Shown: positions 20,364 through 28,886 of the stretch, in pieces
Numbering within the stretch: position 1 is the first letter of the stretch
Layout: every line of letters begins with the position of its first letter
Assembly: GCA_963668035.1 (NCBI GenBank)
Contig: OY764073.1
Span: forward strand, 4,814,653 to 4,878,652
Length of the DNA stretch: 64,000 bases
Direction: 5' to 3'
Source: Candidatus Poribacteria bacterium
GTDB lineage: Bacteria; Poribacteria; WGA-4E; WGA-3G
The notes under the pieces: model-generated
What the model saw: only the letters and a program-made list of their open reading frames with translations
Told to the model about the DNA's origin: nothing
Database searches by the model: none
Position numbers and translations under genes: made by a program

Positions 20364-21809
20364 TTAGAAGATCCCAAGGATCGGTTCGCCTTTGACCAAT
20401 TCGCGGGGTTGATCTAAATGGTTGTAGACGATCGTATGCGGGTCAATACCGAGGGTATGGTAGACTGTCGCGAGGATGTCGCGTGGATGCACCGGGTTCT
20501 CAAGCGGTGTTGAGCCTGTTGCATCCGACTTCCCGTAAACCTGTCCACCTCGGACACCTGCACCTGCGATTAACCCTGTGTAGCAATAGGGCCAGTGGTC
20601 GCGTCCATCAGGTGCGTTGCTATTCCCGGAGGTACTAATGCCCATCCGTGGTGAGCGTCCGAATTCACCGATCGCCAAGACGAGTGTATCCTCTAACATT
20701 CCGCGTTGATCCAAATCTTCCAACAGCGTGGAGACGGCACTATCTAACTTCGGGCAGTGAAGATTTTTCAGTGGACCGAAGTTGGTTGCATGCGTATCCC
20801 ATGCGGTTGTGTTCGGATTGCCGTTTGCGACAGAGGGCCAGTTCACCTGAACGAATCGGGTGCCGGCTTCGACCAATCGTCGAGCAAGGAGTGTGCTCTG
20901 TCCGAAGGTGTGTCTACCGTAGCGATCGCGCACTTCATCGGGCTCTTGGGACAGATCGAAAGCGTTGCGTGCCCGCTGTGACAGGATAAGGTTGTACGCC
21001 TTCTCGTAATACTCGTTCAAGGCGTAGGAGTCCGCCACTTTATCAATTTCGGGCATACTGGCGTTAATCGTCTCAAGAAGATTTTTCCGGCGTTTCAAGC
21101 GCACCGGGGGTACTTCTGGACGCAAGCTTAAGTCGTCCAGGTTAATATCCTGATTCGGGTCTTGGAAGAGGAAGTATGGATCATAAGCTCTGCCAAGGAA
21201 TCCTGCGTTTCCACCTTTGCCGATGATATTACTCTCTTGCATCGGACGTGGGAGTTGCACTGCTGCGAGCATCGGCTCATCGGGTGGACGATAGTTCGAG
21301 ATATGCGCTGCGGCATTCGGGTGGTCAGCAGGTGAAGGCGGATCCAGCTGCCCTGAAGGGGCGACCTTGTCCGGGGTTTCGCCTGTAACCATCTGATACA
21401 TGGCGGCGGTGTGGTTGAAAAGTCCTGCCGGTGTGTAGCTGACCGAACGAATAAGGCAGGCTTTGTCCATCTGCTGCGCCAAAAGCGGCATCGTCTCAGA
21501 TAACTGAATTCCATCCACATTGGTAGGTATCGGTTTAAATTCGCCGCGAATATTCGAGGGTGCATCCGGTTTCGGATCCCAGATGTCAAGGTGGCTAGGC
21601 CCGCCTTGCAAGAAGAGCAGGATGACCGAGTTGGCTTTGCCCCATCCGGTGAGCGGCTTCGCAGGGTCAACTGCCGTATTCGCGTTGGCTTGGAGTGACA
21701 ATACTTGTGGCAGACTAATGCCGAGCATCGCCGCACCACCGACACGTAGAAATTCACGACGTGAGAACCCGTCACACAAGCGCCCGGGTAGTTGTGGTAA
21801 CGATAACAT
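20364..21809 (-). CDS. DUF1501 domain protein (sulfatase-fold, Tat signal)
   Basis: SRREFLRVGGAAMLG twin-arginine leader, GGPSHLDIWDPKP, AIGEFGRSPR and GRDHWP. Confidence 0.85.
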   Translation of the reverse strand: MLSLPQLPGRLCDGFSRREFLRVGGAAMLGISLPQVLSLQANANTAVDPAKPLTGWGKANSVILLFLQGGPSHLDIWDPKPDAPSNIRGEFKPIPTNVDGIQLSETMPLLAQQMDKACLIRSVSYTPAGLFNHTAAMYQMVTGETPDKVAPSGQLDPPSPADHPNAAAHISNYRPPDEPMLAAVQLPRPMQESNIIGKGGNAGFLGRAYDPYFLFQDPNQDINLDDLSLRPEVPPVRLKRRKNLLETINASMPEIDKVADSYALNEYYEKAYNLILSQRARNAFDLSQEPDEVRDRYGRHTFGQSTLLARRLVEAGTRFVQVNWPSVANGNPNTTAWDTHATNFGPLKNLHCPKLDSAVSTLLEDLDQRGMLEDTLVLAIGEFGRSPRMGISTSGNSNAPDGRDHWPYCYTGLIAGAGVRGGQVYGKSDATGSTPLENPVHPRDILATVYHTLGIDPHTIVYNHLDQPRELVKGEPILGIF

Positions 21810-21834
21810 CTATTGCGTCCTCCATTGTTTTGGA

Positions 21835-21990
21835 GTTGTCAGTTGTCAGTCGTCAGTTTTCAGTTAAGAGGTTTCTGATGCTTGACCATCTCTTGGTAAC
21901 CGTTGTTATCCATAAGCGTAACAAGCGTGAGAAAGAGATATTGGTGAATCAAAAACCAGACTGAAAACTGATAACCGATAACCGATAACC
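21835..21990. repeat. second full copy of the composite heptamer-arm repeat, inverted relative to 17311-17466
   Basis: Arms at 21835-21865 and 21961-21990. The reverse complement of the core aligns along its whole length with 17341-17440. Confidence 0.75.
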
Positions 21991-21992
21991 AT

Positions 21993-24497
21993 TTAGCGAT
22001 TGAATAAGAAAGCGGGACTGTTAATTAATGCCCACAACAAATCTTGCGCGCCTTCTTCTCTGGATTCAGCGTTCGCGATATGTTCAACCGCTACTGCATA
22101 TTCGTTCTTCTCTGGTAACCGAGAAAACGTTGCAAGATATAGGTCCTCAACGAGCACTCGGTCATCCTGATTCGTTTTGATAAGTTGTGCAATTCGCCCT
22201 TTTGGGTCAATGAGTGCCTCTGCGACTGTGGGTCCATTGATGAGGTTCATTGCATGGGCGAGACTGACTTCGGTTGTACGTTCACATTCGCACGAAGTTT
22301 CGCGTTCGGGTCTACCAAACAGTTTCAAAAATCCATCATCTTTGACCTTGCTGTCTGGCAATTGAACTGCGCGGAAGTTCTTGGGTACCTCTTGGAACCG
22401 CGGTCGACTCCCTGTTGCGACTCCGATAGCATCTAACAACTGTTCAGCCGTCAAGCGTCTTGCGACGGCGTGTGAGAAGTTAATTGTATCGGACTTGTTC
22501 CACTTGTTCGTCTTGATACTCTGTTGGTAGGTTCGCGAACGCGTGATCGTTTTCATCATAAGTCTTATGTCAAATCCACTGTCCACGAAATCCTTTGTCA
22601 ATGCTTCAAGCAGCTCAGGGTTGCTTGGTGGATTACTCGTCCGGATGTCGTCCACAGGTTCGATGATCCCGCGTCCCATGAAGTAGCTCCAGATACGGTT
22701 CACGCCTGCGCGTGCGAACATCGGATTTTCCTTGGAAGTAAGCCACTTTGCAAGCATCTTTTGTTTATCGTCGGTTTCTGCTGCAACTTCCCCGAATGGC
22801 ACAGCCGGTTCAACGACTGCTAAGGTTCGGGGGTGTTTCACAGGATCTGTAGTAAAGTTGGCATAGACGACCTCATCGCCTGGGAGCTGGCCTGGCTTCA
22901 CTTTGACATCCGCGAAGAACGCGCCCAGTTGATAGTACTGGTTTTGCGTCCATTTCTCGAACGGGTGGTCGTGGCATTTGTTGCATGAAAAACGGACCCC
23001 TAAGAACAGCTGCGTCGTGTTTTCTACTGCAGCCGTATATTCACGGGAAACACGGAAATAACTCGCTGCAGGATTCGCGTAGGTGCTTCCGGTCGCCGTA
23101 ATCAAGTCTCGCACAAACTGGTCGTACGGACGATTTTGTGCGATGGCTTGATGGATCCATTGTTGGAAAAGCCAGACACCGCGTTCACCGAGGAATTTAC
23201 GGTTGGACTGCAGCAGGTCTCCCCACTTATGCGTCCAATGGTCAACGAATTCGGGGGTTTCGACGAGGGTGTCAATCAGTTTTTCGCGTTTAGTTTTAGA
23301 GGCGGCGGTATCCGCGAGGAAGTTCCGCGCCTGTTCAGGGGTCGGTGGGAGGCCTGTCAGATCGAAATAGATGCGGCGTACAAACTCTTCATCTGTGCAG
23401 AGCTGAGAAGGTAGGATTTTCATCCGCTTCAATTTATTATGCACATGCGTATCAATATAATTATATTCAGGTGTTTCCACCCACTGGTACCCGCTTCTAT
23501 CGCCCATGACGATGATGCCGTTTGTACTATAAGCACCCTCATATCGCGTGAGGATAGCCGTTTCGCCGCGGCGCTCTGCCGTTACCACACCGTCGTCAGT
23601 GATCTTTGCGACTTCATTGACACTGCTCGTGAATTTCGCCTCACGGGTGACATCCCGCGTTGTGCCATCCGGATAGTGGGCGATCACCAAAAGCTGCTGC
23701 TGCATACCGGGCATAGCGAGTTCAGCGGCATCGGGTAGGACCTCTAACCTTTCGACGCGCTGCGTGGTTTTAACATCAGAGTTCGCTCCTTCCGCTATCC
23801 ATTGGTGGATGATCTCATAATCCCGCGAGCCCGGTACGATCACCTGTCCACCTTTGTGTGGCACTTCGGATGTCGGTTTAAGTAACATCAGGCTCTGCTC
23901 GGGAAAAGCCCTATTGAAGCGTCTGCCGGATATATCCTCAATCAAGAGTTCATAATCAAAATCGGGATCGTAACCACGGAGTGAAAGTTTGAATCCATTT
24001 TTACCTTTTGCTGCCCCGTGGCATGTGCCGTTGTTACAGCCGGCATGGCTCAGGAGCGGCATGACATCCCGGACGAAACTGACAGGGGGTGCCTCGATGC
24101 TCTTGACCTCTACGGGTAATTCCGCACGTACGCCGCTGACGGTAACCTCGATTTTCGTTGTGCCAACTGCCATCGGAAAGATATAACTATCTTCATGCAC
24201 CTTTACCCCGGCGTTAGCGGGTGTGAGTACTGCCCACGGCGTTACATCTACCCATTTCCCTTCTTTTGTCTTTCCTGACACGAGTACGCGTCTACCGTCC
24301 CGCGCATGTTCTAATGTTAGCGACTCCGGATGAACCCTCAACGCCTTCAAAGCGACACTTGCGAGCCACTCTTCCGCTGTCGGCACTTCGGCACTTGTTG
24401 GTCGCGCCATTTCACTTTGCGCCGCTAACTGCCACGCGAAGCATAAGGCGCATGCAACAAGGAGTGTAGTTACAAAGTTAAACCTGGGTTTCATCAA
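21993..24497 (-). CDS. DUF1549/DUF1553 (PSD1-type) domain protein with N-terminal Ig-like domain
   Basis: Signal peptide, CNNGTCHGAAKGKNGFKLSLRGYD (DUF1549) and FLGVRFSCNKCHDHPFEKW (DUF1553). This is the typical partner of DUF1501. Confidence 0.85.
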   Translation of the reverse strand: MMKPRFNFVTTLLVACALCFAWQLAAQSEMARPTSAEVPTAEEWLASVALKALRVHPESLTLEHARDGRRVLVSGKTKEGKWVDVTPWAVLTPANAGVKVHEDSYIFPMAVGTTKIEVTVSGVRAELPVEVKSIEAPPVSFVRDVMPLLSHAGCNNGTCHGAAKGKNGFKLSLRGYDPDFDYELLIEDISGRRFNRAFPEQSLMLLKPTSEVPHKGGQVIVPGSRDYEIIHQWIAEGANSDVKTTQRVERLEVLPDAAELAMPGMQQQLLVIAHYPDGTTRDVTREAKFTSSVNEVAKITDDGVVTAERRGETAILTRYEGAYSTNGIIVMGDRSGYQWVETPEYNYIDTHVHNKLKRMKILPSQLCTDEEFVRRIYFDLTGLPPTPEQARNFLADTAASKTKREKLIDTLVETPEFVDHWTHKWGDLLQSNRKFLGERGVWLFQQWIHQAIAQNRPYDQFVRDLITATGSTYANPAASYFRVSREYTAAVENTTQLFLGVRFSCNKCHDHPFEKWTQNQYYQLGAFFADVKVKPGQLPGDEVVYANFTTDPVKHPRTLAVVEPAVPFGEVAAETDDKQKMLAKWLTSKENPMFARAGVNRIWSYFMGRGIIEPVDDIRTSNPPSNPELLEALTKDFVDSGFDIRLMMKTITRSRTYQQSIKTNKWNKSDTINFSHAVARRLTAEQLLDAIGVATGSRPRFQEVPKNFRAVQLPDSKVKDDGFLKLFGRPERETSCECERTTEVSLAHAMNLINGPTVAEALIDPKGRIAQLIKTNQDDRVLVEDLYLATFSRLPEKNEYAVAVEHIANAESREEGAQDLLWALINSPAFLFNR

Positions 24498-24680
24498 AAA
24501 TTCGGCGTGGAACCCTCCGACTGTAATCGACGGAAGAGACGCCGTCCTCCTTTTTAATGGTTATCGGTACGGAAATCTGGCATGCAGATTCCCTTTCGGT
24601 TGCCTCTTTTACCACTGAATATAATGCGTATTTGATCGTTGAACCTTAATCTATCGTCTGCGTTGATTCTGTGTCAATAG

Positions 24681-25574
24681 TTACGAGATACCCCAAAGTA
24701 AGACAGAGTTATCTTCACTCGCGCTCGCGAGTAAACTACCATCAGGTACGTAAGCGACGTTCCTGACACTCCCCGTATGTCCTATGAGTGTGTCCTTCAG
24801 TCTGCCTCTCTTGACATCCCACAACCGCACTGTGCCGTCACTACTCGCACTTGCAAGCGTTGTGCCATCAGGTGAAAATGCGACACTCCAGACATAGCCT
24901 CTATGTCCCGTGAGTGTGTTTTCCGCTTCGCCAGTTACTGCGTCCCACAGGCGCACCGTACGGTCAGTGCTTCCACTGGCAAGCGTTTCGCCATTCGGCG
25001 TGTAGACAGCGGAATTGACAATATGTTTATGCCCCGTGAGGGCTGCTTTGTGCTGTCCAGTGGCGGCATCCCAAAGTAGGACGGTATCATCTCCACTGCC
25101 AGCTGCGATTGTCTTTCCATCAGGCGAATACGTAACGGATCTAATAGAGAACTGATCCACAGTGAGCGTGTTCTTGCTCTCCGCTGTGCTTGCGTCCCAC
25201 AGGCGCACCGTGCCATCCGGACTTCCACTGGCGATGGTGGTACCGTCAGGCGAAAACGCAACACTTCTAACAGCGTCTGTATGTCCGGTGAGCGTTGCTG
25301 TCGGAGCCCCGCTGGTTGCGTCCCACAGAATAACCGTGTTGTCAATACTCCCACTTGCGATGACGCTGCCATCGGGCGCGTAAGCGACACATCTGACGTA
25401 TTCCTTATGCTCTACGAGGAGATTGAGTCCTGTTGCACTCTCCACGTCGTAGACCCAAACGCCGATGTCGCAAGCGACTGCAAGCTGTGTACCGTCTGGT
25501 GAGAAGGCTATATCTCCAGTTAGATTCCCTTGATCGAGTCGAGCTTTGACTCCTTCAGGTAGATTCGATTGCAT
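24681..25574 (-). CDS. WD40-repeat protein (7 repeats, no signal peptide)
   Basis: Seven units of H...V.SVAFSPDG...ASGS.D.TVRLWD. The N-terminal LPEGVKARL motif is shared with the two large WD40 proteins. Confidence 0.85.
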   Translation of the reverse strand: MQSNLPEGVKARLDQGNLTGDIAFSPDGTQLAVACDIGVWVYDVESATGLNLLVEHKEYVRCVAYAPDGSVIASGSIDNTVILWDATSGAPTATLTGHTDAVRSVAFSPDGTTIASGSPDGTVRLWDASTAESKNTLTVDQFSIRSVTYSPDGKTIAAGSGDDTVLLWDAATGQHKAALTGHKHIVNSAVYTPNGETLASGSTDRTVRLWDAVTGEAENTLTGHRGYVWSVAFSPDGTTLASASSDGTVRLWDVKRGRLKDTLIGHTGSVRNVAYVPDGSLLASASEDNSVLLWGIS

Positions 25575-25635
25575 ATCTTTTTCGCTTGATTGCGGTACCC
25601 CTTTGACAGTGTATGAAAGTTAAAGTGTTATTGCA

Positions 25636-26454
25636 CTACTTCTGATTTTTCAGGTGTCCCCACACTATCGGCAGCTTACCACCGGCGGAAACATCTGCAT
25701 ATTCCGATTCACTTGCTAACCAGTTAATAACATTTTCTGTAAGTTTCTGTATCTGTTCAATATCCTTGTTGTTCTTATGAAAGTTCGGGAGTCGCCAGTT
25801 CATGTTGAAGACTTTACCGTCCCCGGCTTCCCAATACCCGAAAGCGGCAATCCTATCCGCGTAGTTAGTGCCTTGTTCGAAAGCGTGCGCGAGGGTTGTA
25901 AAATTCTTCCAAATCGTATCGAAATAGTCGCCACTTACTGGATATCCAGATGAGTTGACCTGAACCCAATCCTCGACTTTCGGTGTCTTCCCATCAACAT
26001 TCTTGAGTCCGTCTGTCAATCCGAGTTCCAGTGTCTCTTTGAGGACGATAATACCGACATTACTTCCATCGTCTGCAATGGGTCCAAATTTTCGTGGTTC
26101 TGCGTCCTCTAATCCCAATGGTGTCGCGTATCGGATAGCCGCGCCTGTCAGCAGCACTGCACCGCCGCTTTCAGCGTAGTCTAAGAACGCATTAATTTCT
26201 GCCCCGGATAATCCGCCCGGGTCGGTATCGCCATCATGCCACCAGACAACCCCGAACTGTTTGAATGTATCGCTTTTCAAGTCCGCTTTTGCGAGTCGTT
26301 TGGTCTTGAACGTCTTTTCAGCGAATTCCAATGCGGGTGTCGTAAAAGGACCCTTATCGCCGAGGTAGATAAATCCGACTTCTACCGCGGCATTGCCAAT
26401 AGTTATACCAAAGCAGAGAAGAAATGTCAAATAAAATACAATTTTCCGTTGCAT
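25636..26454 (-). CDS. hypothetical secreted protein
   Basis: Signal peptide MQRKIVFYLTFLLCFGITIGNA. No family was recognised. Confidence 0.5.
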   Translation of the reverse strand: MQRKIVFYLTFLLCFGITIGNAAVEVGFIYLGDKGPFTTPALEFAEKTFKTKRLAKADLKSDTFKQFGVVWWHDGDTDPGGLSGAEINAFLDYAESGGAVLLTGAAIRYATPLGLEDAEPRKFGPIADDGSNVGIIVLKETLELGLTDGLKNVDGKTPKVEDWVQVNSSGYPVSGDYFDTIWKNFTTLAHAFEQGTNYADRIAAFGYWEAGDGKVFNMNWRLPNFHKNNKDIEQIQKLTENVINWLASESEYADVSAGGKLPIVWGHLKNQK

Positions 26455-26578
26455 TTTTGCTCCTTATATGTTTACGCGAGGTAACGTGTGGACGTTTGCA
26501 TATTGATGGTCCATTTCAATAATACCATGCAATACCGTTTTTGTCAAAGTTTTTAGCAGAAAATTTATATCCGTTCGC

Positions 26579-27370
26579 CTATAACGGTAAATCTGTATTG
26601 TTTTGGCACTCGTGGAGTCGTTGATTTCCGATTTTCACGAAATTCGGTTCGATTTCAAATCCGATGAAATCCCGCTGATGTCGCTGACATACCACAGGAC
26701 AGGTACCTACACCGGCAAAAGGATCCAAAACAAGGTCCCCCGGTAAGGAACTCGCTAATACAATCCGTTCAATTAACCGCTCCGGTTTCTGAATTGTGTT
26801 CAGAGCCTCTCTACAGACTAACTCTTTTGACTTATATGTCAACTGTTTTATATCTCCCCAGACATTACCGGGGTTCTTTCCTTTTGCGTTAAACTTGGTT
26901 TTTCCGAATTTGCCGTTCGTTACGGATGGCACGTTTTCACACCGAAGTCGATGTTCCAACTCAACAAGTTGCGAGACTCTGATAGCATCCAAGTTATAGC
27001 ATTGTGGCTTTTTACCTTTGATGAAATAACAGATAATATCGTAGTTGTTCGTGTAATTGATGCGTCCTTGTGCCAGCCGACTCGGTTGATACCATACAAT
27101 CTTTGAACGGAGGTTTAAAAATGGACGATAATCAATAAAGTCGATACAATCGGGTTTGCCGAACAGATAAAGTGCACCGCCGTCTTTCAATTTGGGTGTG
27201 AACTTTTCGATGAGTGCAAGATTAAATTCCTGAATTGAGGGTATCTGGTCCCACGGTTCATCTGTTACGCCATACGGGCCATCACACACAATTAGATCTA
27301 CCGATGTATCTTGGACTTCATCCAATAGCGTAAACGTATCGCCACAATAGATATTGTTGTGTTCAAGCAT
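26579..27370 (-). CDS. beta-class DNA methyltransferase (N6-adenine or N4-cytosine), no cognate nuclease nearby
   Basis: Motif IV variant DLIVCDGPYG near the N-terminus and motif I VLDPFAGVGT near the C-terminus. Confidence 0.8.
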   Translation of the reverse strand: MLEHNNIYCGDTFTLLDEVQDTSVDLIVCDGPYGVTDEPWDQIPSIQEFNLALIEKFTPKLKDGGALYLFGKPDCIDFIDYRPFLNLRSKIVWYQPSRLAQGRINYTNNYDIICYFIKGKKPQCYNLDAIRVSQLVELEHRLRCENVPSVTNGKFGKTKFNAKGKNPGNVWGDIKQLTYKSKELVCREALNTIQKPERLIERIVLASSLPGDLVLDPFAGVGTCPVVCQRHQRDFIGFEIEPNFVKIGNQRLHECQNNTDLPL

Positions 27371-27381
27371 AATTTCGTTAT

Positions 27382-28833
27382 TTACATCGGTCCCACCCGC
27401 CGCGGGCCTATGTCCATAGCGAACATAGACGCGTCAAAACTCTGTTTTAGCAGCTCCATCTTGATGTCTTGCTTATCGGGTACATGCCAGAGATTGTCAA
27501 ACTCGTCCGGATCCGCAATTAAGTCGTAGAGTTCGCCCTCCTCGTGTCCGTGATAGACTACCAATTTATAACGTTGATTTCTATACATCGTTGCGAAAGA
27601 GTGGTCTCGGAGATCGACAGCATCGTAGTACTCACATCGGACGAAGTCCCGATGATGGTTGGCATCCGCTTCACCGCGAAGGATAGGTAGCAGCGATCGT
27701 CCGTGCATGCCTTCGGGTGGCGTTAATCCCGCTAACGCCAAAAGTGTCGGTGCTTTGTCAACGAGCTCAACGAGTGCGTTGCTTTTTAGACCCTTCACAA
27801 ACTGCCCTGGTTTCCATGCAAAAATCAACGGCACCCTGACCAAGCCTTCATAAAATCGGCACCCTTTCTGGATCAGTCCGTGGTCGCCGAGCGTTTCTCC
27901 GTGGTCAGAGGTAAAAATGATAACAGTATTTTCGCGTTGTCCTGTTTCCTCAAGCGTTTCGAGAATTCTGCCGAGCTGCTCATCAATAAGTTGAATCATT
28001 GCGTAATAGGCGGCTTTGAGCGTCCTGGCATCCGTTGACCCAACTGCCTCCGTCTCTTTACGCGGGGTCTGCGGTAGAATTGGACTACGGATATCCAGTT
28101 CATCTGGCGTGCGGACTTTAGACTGAAAATCGACTGCTTTTAGTCGGGTCTGCTGTTCAAGATCGCTGTTTCGGAAGAGCGGCTCTGGCATTTCCGAAGG
28201 AGCAAACCGTTCTCGGTGCGTCTGTGGCGGATTAAACGGCGGATGCGGATCGTAGATATTGACGCTTGCAAGCCACGGGCCATCGCGTTCTTCGCGAATG
28301 AACTCTATTGTCTTTTCTGCACACCACGTCGTCTGATGCAATTCTGCTGGTACACCTTCTGGATTTCGATTCAATTCACCTAAAATATAACCTTTTGCGC
28401 GTACCCAATCTGCGTAGTCGTGTCCGTGTTCCCAGTCGTCTCTGGGTGCGTGGCTGTATTGCCAATAGCGGTATCCGTCATCTGTCCGGGGTTCTATCCG
28501 GCGGTAAGCACTCGCAAGATGGAGTTTGCCAATCAATCCGCAATCATAGCCGATGTCTGCGAGGGTACGCGTCACAAGTGGATACGCGTTCGGAAAGAAA
28601 TCGTTTCCGTTGCGATTTGCGTGTGTCGCGCTCGGATACATACCTGTGAGAAAACTCGCCCGACTCGGTGTGCAAATAGGGCTTTGACAATAGGCATGCG
28701 TGAACGCAACCCCATCCTCTACGAGACTATCAATGTTTGGCGTTGACACGAACGGATTGCCCAACGCGCCGATTGTGTCGTAACGTTGTTGGTCCGTGCA
28801 AATCCAGAGTATATTGGGGGCGTTAGCAGCCAT
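27382..28833 (-). CDS. sulfatase (formylglycine-dependent)
   Basis: NILWICTDQQR, CTPSRASFLTGMYPS (C-x-P-x-R) and FTSDHGE. Confidence 0.9.
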   Translation of the reverse strand: MAANAPNILWICTDQQRYDTIGALGNPFVSTPNIDSLVEDGVAFTHAYCQSPICTPSRASFLTGMYPSATHANRNGNDFFPNAYPLVTRTLADIGYDCGLIGKLHLASAYRRIEPRTDDGYRYWQYSHAPRDDWEHGHDYADWVRAKGYILGELNRNPEGVPAELHQTTWCAEKTIEFIREERDGPWLASVNIYDPHPPFNPPQTHRERFAPSEMPEPLFRNSDLEQQTRLKAVDFQSKVRTPDELDIRSPILPQTPRKETEAVGSTDARTLKAAYYAMIQLIDEQLGRILETLEETGQRENTVIIFTSDHGETLGDHGLIQKGCRFYEGLVRVPLIFAWKPGQFVKGLKSNALVELVDKAPTLLALAGLTPPEGMHGRSLLPILRGEADANHHRDFVRCEYYDAVDLRDHSFATMYRNQRYKLVVYHGHEEGELYDLIADPDEFDNLWHVPDKQDIKMELLKQSFDASMFAMDIGPRRVGPM

Positions 28834-28886
28834 ACATCAGCCTCTGTGTTTCTGCGGATTACAGAAAAAAACTCTTGATGAACGCA

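Noticed and set aside
19964-20395. Two ~60-aa ORFs (19964-20149 minus, 20213-20395 plus) in the long spacer.
   Set aside because: Neither has an RBS or recognisable motifs, and the region is better explained by the twin hairpin motifs and UTR sequence.
21128-21775. A 215-aa ORF on the minus strand, overlapping the DUF1501 gene in another frame.
   Set aside because: The overlapping frame carries clear DUF1501 motifs and a Tat leader. The alternative frame is Arg/Ser-rich with no motifs.
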